The translations under genes and the position numbers were made by a program. Below the pieces are notes generated by a model. It worked only from the letters and a program-made list of their open reading frames with translations. It was not told the origin of the DNA and did no database searches. From a phage, in the sequence record PZ386947.1: a DNA stretch of 64,000 nt; one strand, written 5' to 3'. Shown piece by piece: positions 59,601 to 64,000 of the stretch. Numbering within the stretch: the first letter of the stretch is position 1; each line of letters starts with the position of its first letter.

Positions 59601-59785
59601 AAAATAATAATTCAATATTTCAAGGTCAATTGCCTTCTGAACGACGCAAGTTAATGAGTCCTCTATTTGACGCATCTGGAACAACATTTGCACAATTTAG
59701 GGATTTAGTTAATAAACGTCTAAAAGATAATATAGGAAATCCAAGAGACCCTGAAAATCCAACACAGGTTAAAATAGATGAATGA
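56687..59785 (+). CDS. 7: baseplate wedge protein gp7
   Basis: 1032 aa, same length and position as T4 gp7. Confidence 0.93.
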   Translation: MTVKAPSVTSLRISKLSANQVQVRWDDVGANFYYFVEIAETKTDSGENLPSDQYRWINLGYTANNSFFFDDADPLTSYIIRVATAAQDFEQSDWVYTEEFETFATNAYTFQNMIEMQLANKFIQEKFTLNNSNYVNFNNDTIMAALMNESFQFSPSYVDVSSISNFIIGENEYHEIQGSIQQVCKDINRVYLMESEGILYLFERYQPVVKVSNDKGQTWKAVKLFNDRVGYPLSKTVYYQSANTTYVLGYDKIFYGRKSTDVRWSADDVRFSSQDITFAKLGDQLHLGFDVEIFATYATLPANVYRIAEAITCTDDYIYVVARDKVRYIKTSNAPIDSDPLSPTYSERLFEPDTMTITGNPKAVCYKMDSIGDKVFALIIGEVETLNANPRTSKIIDSTDKGIYVLNHDTKTWKRVFGNTEEERRRIQPGYANMSTDGKLVSLSSSNFKFLNDNVVNDPETVAKYQLIGAVKYEFPREWLADKHYHMMAFIADEKSDWETFTPQPMKYYAEPFFNWSKKSNTRCWINNSNRAVVVYADLKYTKVIENIPETSPDRLVHEYWDDGDCTIVMPNVKFTGFKKYASGMLFYKSSGEIISYYDFNYRVRDTVEIIWKPTGVFLKAFLQNQEHETPWSPEEEHGLADPDLRPLIGTMMPDSYLLQDSNFEAFCEAYIQYLSDGYGTQYNNLRNLIRNQYPREEHAWEYLWSEIYKRNIYLNADKRDAVARFFESRSYDFYSTKGIEASYKFLFKVLYNEEVEIEIESGAGTEYDIIVQSDSLTEDLVGQTIYTATGRCNVTYIERSYSNGKLQWTVTIHNLLGRLIAGQEVKAERLPSFEGEIIRGVKGKDLLQNNIDYINRSRSYYVMKIKSNLPSSRWKSDVIRFVHPVGFGFIAITLLTMFINVGLTLKHTETIINKYKNYKWDSGLPTEYADRVAKLTPTGEIEHDSVTGEAIYEPGPMAGVKYPLPDDYNAENNNSIFQGQLPSERRKLMSPLFDASGTTFAQFRDLVNKRLKDNIGNPRDPENPTQVKIDE

Positions 59786-60782
59786 TTCAAGTGTTATCTA
59801 TCGTGCGATAGTTACTTCAAAATTTAGAACAGAAAAAATGTTGAATTTTTATAATTCAATTGGGAGTGGTCCGGATAAAAACACTATCTTTATCACATTT
59901 GGAAGATCAGAACCGTGGTCATCAAATGAAAATGAGGTGGGCTTTGCCCCACCTTATCCAACCGATTCTGTATTAGGCGTAACTGACATGTGGACGCATA
60001 TGATGGGAACAGTAAAAGTTCTTCCATCAATGCTTGACGCTGTTATTCCTCGCAGAGATTGGGGAGATACTAGATATCCGGATCCATACACATTTAGAAT
60101 TAACGATATTGTAGTGTGTAACTCAGCTCCTTACAACGCTACTGAATCAGGCGCAGGCTGGTTAGTATATCGTTGTTTAGATGTTCCTGATACCGGAATG
60201 TGTTCAATAGCATCTTTAACTAATAAGGATGAATGCCTCAAATTAGGCGGAAAATGGACTCCTTCTGTTAGGTCAATGACTCCTCCTGAAGGTCGAGGAG
60301 ATGCGGAAGGAACAATCGAACCTGGAGACGGATATGTTTGGGAATATCTTTTTGAGATTCCGCCCGATGTATCTATAAATAGATGCACAAATGAATATAT
60401 CGTAGTTCCTTGGCCTGAGGAATTAAAAGAAGATCCAACTAGATGGGGGTATGAAGATAATCTCACTTGGCAACAAGATGATTTTGGATTAATTTACCGG
60501 GTTAAGGCAAATACTATCCGTTTTAAAGCATATTTAGATTCAGTTTACTTTCCTGATGCTGCATTGCCAGGAAATAAAGGATTTAGACAAATATCAATAA
60601 TCACAAATCCTCTTGAAGCTAAAGCTCATCCAAATGACCCAAATGTTAAAGCTGAAAAGGATTATTATGATCCAGAAGATTTAATGAGGCATTCGGGCGA
60701 AATGATTTATATGGAAAATAGGCCACCTATTATCATGGCAATGGATCAGACAGAAGAAATCAATATTCTGTTTACATTTTAA
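59778..60782 (+). CDS. 8: baseplate wedge protein gp8
   Basis: 334 aa, same length and position as T4 gp8. Confidence 0.93.
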   Translation: MNDSSVIYRAIVTSKFRTEKMLNFYNSIGSGPDKNTIFITFGRSEPWSSNENEVGFAPPYPTDSVLGVTDMWTHMMGTVKVLPSMLDAVIPRRDWGDTRYPDPYTFRINDIVVCNSAPYNATESGAGWLVYRCLDVPDTGMCSIASLTNKDECLKLGGKWTPSVRSMTPPEGRGDAEGTIEPGDGYVWEYLFEIPPDVSINRCTNEYIVVPWPEELKEDPTRWGYEDNLTWQQDDFGLIYRVKANTIRFKAYLDSVYFPDAALPGNKGFRQISIITNPLEAKAHPNDPNVKAEKDYYDPEDLMRHSGEMIYMENRPPIIMAMDQTEEINILFTF

Positions 60783-60787
60783 ATTAA

Positions 60788-60810
60788 GGGAGCCCATGGG
60801 CTCCCTTTTT
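60788..60810 (+). terminator. rho-independent terminator after gene 8
   Basis: Hairpin GGGAGCCC-ATGGGCTCCC followed by TTTTT on the plus strand. Confidence 0.7.
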
Positions 60811-60813
60811 CTT

Positions 60814-60821
60814 TATAAATA
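60814..60821 (+). promoter_or_regulatory. late promoter TATAAATA for gene 9
   Basis: Exact TATAAATA 25 nt upstream of the gene 9 ATG, right after the terminator. Confidence 0.7.
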
Positions 60822-60845
60822 CTATAAACTCATAAGGAAACCGCT

Positions 60846-61712
60846 ATGTTCATTCAAGAACCAAAGAAATTGATTGATACCGGCGAAATTGGTAACGCTT
60901 CTACTGGTGATATCTTATTCGACGGTGGTAATAAAATTAATAGTGATTTTAACGCAATTTATAATGCGTTTGGCGATCAGCGTAAAATGGCAGTAGCAAA
61001 TGGCACTGGAGCAGATGGTCAAATTATCCATGCTACTGGATATTATCAAAAACACTCTATTGCTGAGTATGCAACTCCAGTAAAAGTTGGCACTAGACAT
61101 GATATTGATACCTCTACTGTAGGTGTTAAAGTTATCATTGAAAGAGGAGAACTTGGCGATTGTGTTGAATTCATTAATTCTAATGGATCAATATCAGTTA
61201 CTAATCCTTTAACGATTCAGGCTATTGATTCAATTAAAGGTGTTTCAGGTAATTTGGTAGTAACTACTCCATATAGTAAAGTTACTTTACGCTGTATTTC
61301 ATCTGATAATTCTACGTCGATTTGGAATTATTCTATTGAAAGCATGTTTGGTCAAAAGGAATCACCAGTTGAAGGTACGTGGAATATTTCTACATCTGGA
61401 TTAGTTGACATTCCATTGTTTCATCGCACTGAATATAACATGGCTAAATTGTTAGTTACATGCCAGTCAGCAGATGGAAGAAAAATTAAAACAGCAGAAA
61501 TAAATATTCTTGTGGATATTGTTAATTCAGAGGTCATTTCTTCTGAATATGCTGTCATGCGAGTTGGGAATGAAACCGAAGAAGACGAAATCGCTAATAT
61601 TGCATTTAGTATTAAAGAAAATTATGTAACGGCGACTATAAGTTCTTCAACTGTCGGTATGAGAGCAGCAGTTAAAGTTATCGCTACGCAGAAAATCGGG
61701 GTGGCTCAATAA
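60846..61712 (+). CDS. 9: baseplate protein gp9 (long tail fiber socket)
   Basis: 288 aa, same length and position as T4 gp9. Confidence 0.92.
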   Translation: MFIQEPKKLIDTGEIGNASTGDILFDGGNKINSDFNAIYNAFGDQRKMAVANGTGADGQIIHATGYYQKHSIAEYATPVKVGTRHDIDTSTVGVKVIIERGELGDCVEFINSNGSISVTNPLTIQAIDSIKGVSGNLVVTTPYSKVTLRCISSDNSTSIWNYSIESMFGQKESPVEGTWNISTSGLVDIPLFHRTEYNMAKLLVTCQSADGRKIKTAEINILVDIVNSEVISSEYAVMRVGNETEEDEIANIAFSIKENYVTATISSSTVGMRAAVKVIATQKIGVAQ

Positions 61713-63517
61713 TGAAACAAAATATTAATATCGGTAATGTTGTAGATGATGGTACCGGTGACTACCTGCGTAAAGGTGGTATAAAAATAAATGAAAACTT
61801 TGATGAGCTTTATTACGAGCTTGGTGACGGTGATGTTCCATATTCAGCTGGTGCCTGGAAAACTTATAATGCTTCATCAGGACAAACATTAACAGCAGAA
61901 TGGGGAAAATCATATGCCATTAACACTTCATCTGGAAGAGTAACTCTACAACTTCCTAAAGGAACCGTTAATGATTATAATAAAGTAATTAAAGCTAGGG
62001 ATGTATTTGCAACATGGAATGTTAATCCAGTTACTCTAGTAGCCGCTTCTGGTGATACTATTAAAGGATCATCGTCATCAGTTGAAATTAATGTTCAATT
62101 TAGCGATTTAGAATTAGTTTATTGTGCTCCAGGACGTTGGGAATATGTCAAAAACAAACAAATTGACAAAATTATTAGTTCAGATATTAGTAATGTAGCA
62201 CGTAAAGAATTTTTAGTCGAAGTTCAAGGACAAACAGACTTTTTAGATGTTTTCCGTGGAACTAGCTATAATGTTAATAACATCCGAGTAAAACACCGCG
62301 GTAATGAATTATATTATGGCGATGTATTTAGTGAAAACAGTGACTTTGGCTCTCCTGGGGAAAATGAAGGAGAATTGATTCCTCTTGATGGATTTAATAT
62401 TAGGTTAAGACAGCCTTGTAATATTGGTGACACTGTTCAAATTGAAACATTTATGGATGGTGTATCACAATGGAGAAGTTCATATACAAGACGCCAAATA
62501 AAAGTACTGGATTCAAAACTAACATCAAAGACTTCTTTAGAAGGAAGCATTTATGTTACTGATTTATCAGCGATGAAATCAATTCCATTTTCTGCATTTG
62601 GATTAATTCCTGGTGAACCCATTAATCCTAACTCTCTTGAGGTTCGTTTTAATGGAATTTTACAACAACAAGCTGGAACAGCCGGATATCCTCTGTTTTT
62701 GTGTGAAGGTGCTAATTCAGATACGCAAGAAGGATGTATATCTCTTGGTGGTGAATGGAAGGAATCGAATACAGATTATTCTATAGAATATGAAGATGGA
62801 AAACCTGTCAGTCTTTTATTTGATAGAAAATTTGAATCCGGTGATATAATCGTTATAACATGGTTCAATAATGATTTAGGAACTCTTTTAGAAAAAGATG
62901 ACATTATTGAATTAACTGATGACCGTTATGTTAGTAAAGGATCATCTACTGAAGTTACTGGTGATGTAGCCTTAACAGATTTTGATAAAATCGGTTGGCC
63001 AAATGTTGAAAAAGTTGATTCTTATACTAGAACGTATAATTCAATATCATCTATTTTCGACAGCATTTATCCTGTTGGTTCAATTTATGAAAATGCTATA
63101 AATCCAAATAATCCAGTGACTTATATGGGATTTGGTTCATGGAAATTATTTGGTAAAGGGCAGGTTTTAGTAGGATGGAATGATGATGTTACAGATCCAA
63201 ACTTTGCATTAAACAATAATGATTTAGATTCTAGCGGAAATCCTTCACATACCGCCGGTGGAACAGTTGGTACAACATCAGTAACGCTTGAAAACGCAAA
63301 TCTTCCTGCGACTAAAACTGATGAAAGAGTTTTAATTGAAGACGAAAATGGATCAGTTATTATTGGAGGATGTCAATATGACCCAGACGAAACTGGTCCT
63401 ATATATACAAAATATCGTGAAGACTACGCAACAACAAACTCTTCACATACTCCTCCTACTAATATTAGTAATATTCAACCGTCTATTACTGTATACCGTT
63501 GGATAAGGATTGCATAA
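61712..63517 (+). CDS. 10: baseplate wedge protein gp10
   Basis: 601 aa; length and position as T4 gp10. Confidence 0.92.
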   Translation: MKQNINIGNVVDDGTGDYLRKGGIKINENFDELYYELGDGDVPYSAGAWKTYNASSGQTLTAEWGKSYAINTSSGRVTLQLPKGTVNDYNKVIKARDVFATWNVNPVTLVAASGDTIKGSSSSVEINVQFSDLELVYCAPGRWEYVKNKQIDKIISSDISNVARKEFLVEVQGQTDFLDVFRGTSYNVNNIRVKHRGNELYYGDVFSENSDFGSPGENEGELIPLDGFNIRLRQPCNIGDTVQIETFMDGVSQWRSSYTRRQIKVLDSKLTSKTSLEGSIYVTDLSAMKSIPFSAFGLIPGEPINPNSLEVRFNGILQQQAGTAGYPLFLCEGANSDTQEGCISLGGEWKESNTDYSIEYEDGKPVSLLFDRKFESGDIIVITWFNNDLGTLLEKDDIIELTDDRYVSKGSSTEVTGDVALTDFDKIGWPNVEKVDSYTRTYNSISSIFDSIYPVGSIYENAINPNNPVTYMGFGSWKLFGKGQVLVGWNDDVTDPNFALNNNDLDSSGNPSHTAGGTVGTTSVTLENANLPATKTDERVLIEDENGSVIIGGCQYDPDETGPIYTKYREDYATTNSSHTPPTNISNIQPSITVYRWIRIA

Positions 63518-64000
63518 TGAGTTTACTTAATAATAAAGCGGGAGTTATTTCCCGCTTAGCAGATTTTCTTGGTTTTAGAACTAAGAAAAATGATATTTCG
63601 GTTATGAATAATCAGCCGGTAGGCGCTGTAACAATTTCACAAATAGCAAAAGGTTTTTATGACCCAAATGTAGAATCTGCTATCAATGATGTTAGAAATA
63701 TGGCAGAGCAACAGGTTGGAGCTGTATTAATTAATATAAGCGGCGTATCTCCTACTGGAGTGCAACAAACAGACTATTGGTCATTTGAAGGAACTGTTAC
63801 TGATACTTCAGCCAAACCAGGTGACCCAGTTATTGTTAACATGTTTGGTATTCCAGTTAAAGCTACTAACGGAATGACTTCAATTGAATTTACCAGTGCC
63901 GTTAGAATAGCTCTACAGGAAATGGTTGCAAAATTTATTGCAATTGATTCATTTGAAGACCATCCTACCATAGGAAATAAAATACAAGTTAAGTATTTAG
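63517..64000 (+). CDS. 11: baseplate wedge protein gp11, N-terminal part (runs past window end)
   Basis: ATG overlapping the gp10 stop (TAATG); translation [20 protein letters not shown]... matches the T4 gp11 N-terminus; no stop within window. Confidence 0.8.
   Translation, partial: MSLLNNKAGVISRLADFLGFRTKKNDISVMNNQPVGAVTISQIAKGFYDPNVESAINDVRNMAEQQVGAVLINISGVSPTGVQQTDYWSFEGTVTDTSAKPGDPVIVNMFGIPVKATNGMTSIEFTSAVRIALQEMVAKFIAIDSFEDHPTIGNKIQVKYL

Noticed and set aside
52400-63971. Minus-strand ORFs inside late genes (52400..52609, 54415..54633, 56216..56413, 58515..58874, 59487..59693, 60131..60466, 60915..61100, 61725..61913, 63774..63971)
   Set aside because: All are antisense to long, well-supported baseplate genes and lack start signals.

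Overview
This window is a T4-like (T-even) myovirus genome segment, recognised from translated ORFs that match well-known T4 proteins and from T4-type gene order. Coordinates 1-51527 are a dense minus-strand early/middle gene array: DNA polymerase gp43, regA, clamp loader 62/44, clamp 45, rpbA, recombination nuclease 46/47, alpha-glucosyltransferase, late sigma factor gp55, anaerobic RNR nrdH/nrdG/nrdD, endonuclease VII, nrdC, a long run of small unknown genes, rI, tk, regB, denV, lysozyme e, nudE, a tRNA cluster, internal-protein-like genes, 57B/57A, and genes 1, 3, 2, 4. Coordinates 51575-64000 are plus-strand late baseplate genes 53, 5, 5.1, 5.4, 6, 7, 8, 9, 10 and the start of 11. It is not T4 wild type: lysozyme differs at a few residues from my memory of T4, nrdD is uninterrupted, and the mobile-endonuclease content differs. 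The most notable items are (i) an HNH homing endonuclease between genes 46 and 47 with a duplicated 5' segment, (ii) a tRNA cluster flanked by a GIY-YIG and a second HNH endonuclease, with only six canonical tRNAs plus one tRNA-like element, (iii) a chimeric GrcA-like glycyl-radical gene whose 3' half looks host-derived, (iv) a tandem array of capsid-targeted internal-protein-like genes, each behind a near-identical early promoter, and (v) a predicted nucleotidyltransferase and a P-loop ATPase in the nrdC-mobD interval. All comparisons to T4 are from memory and no database search was run.
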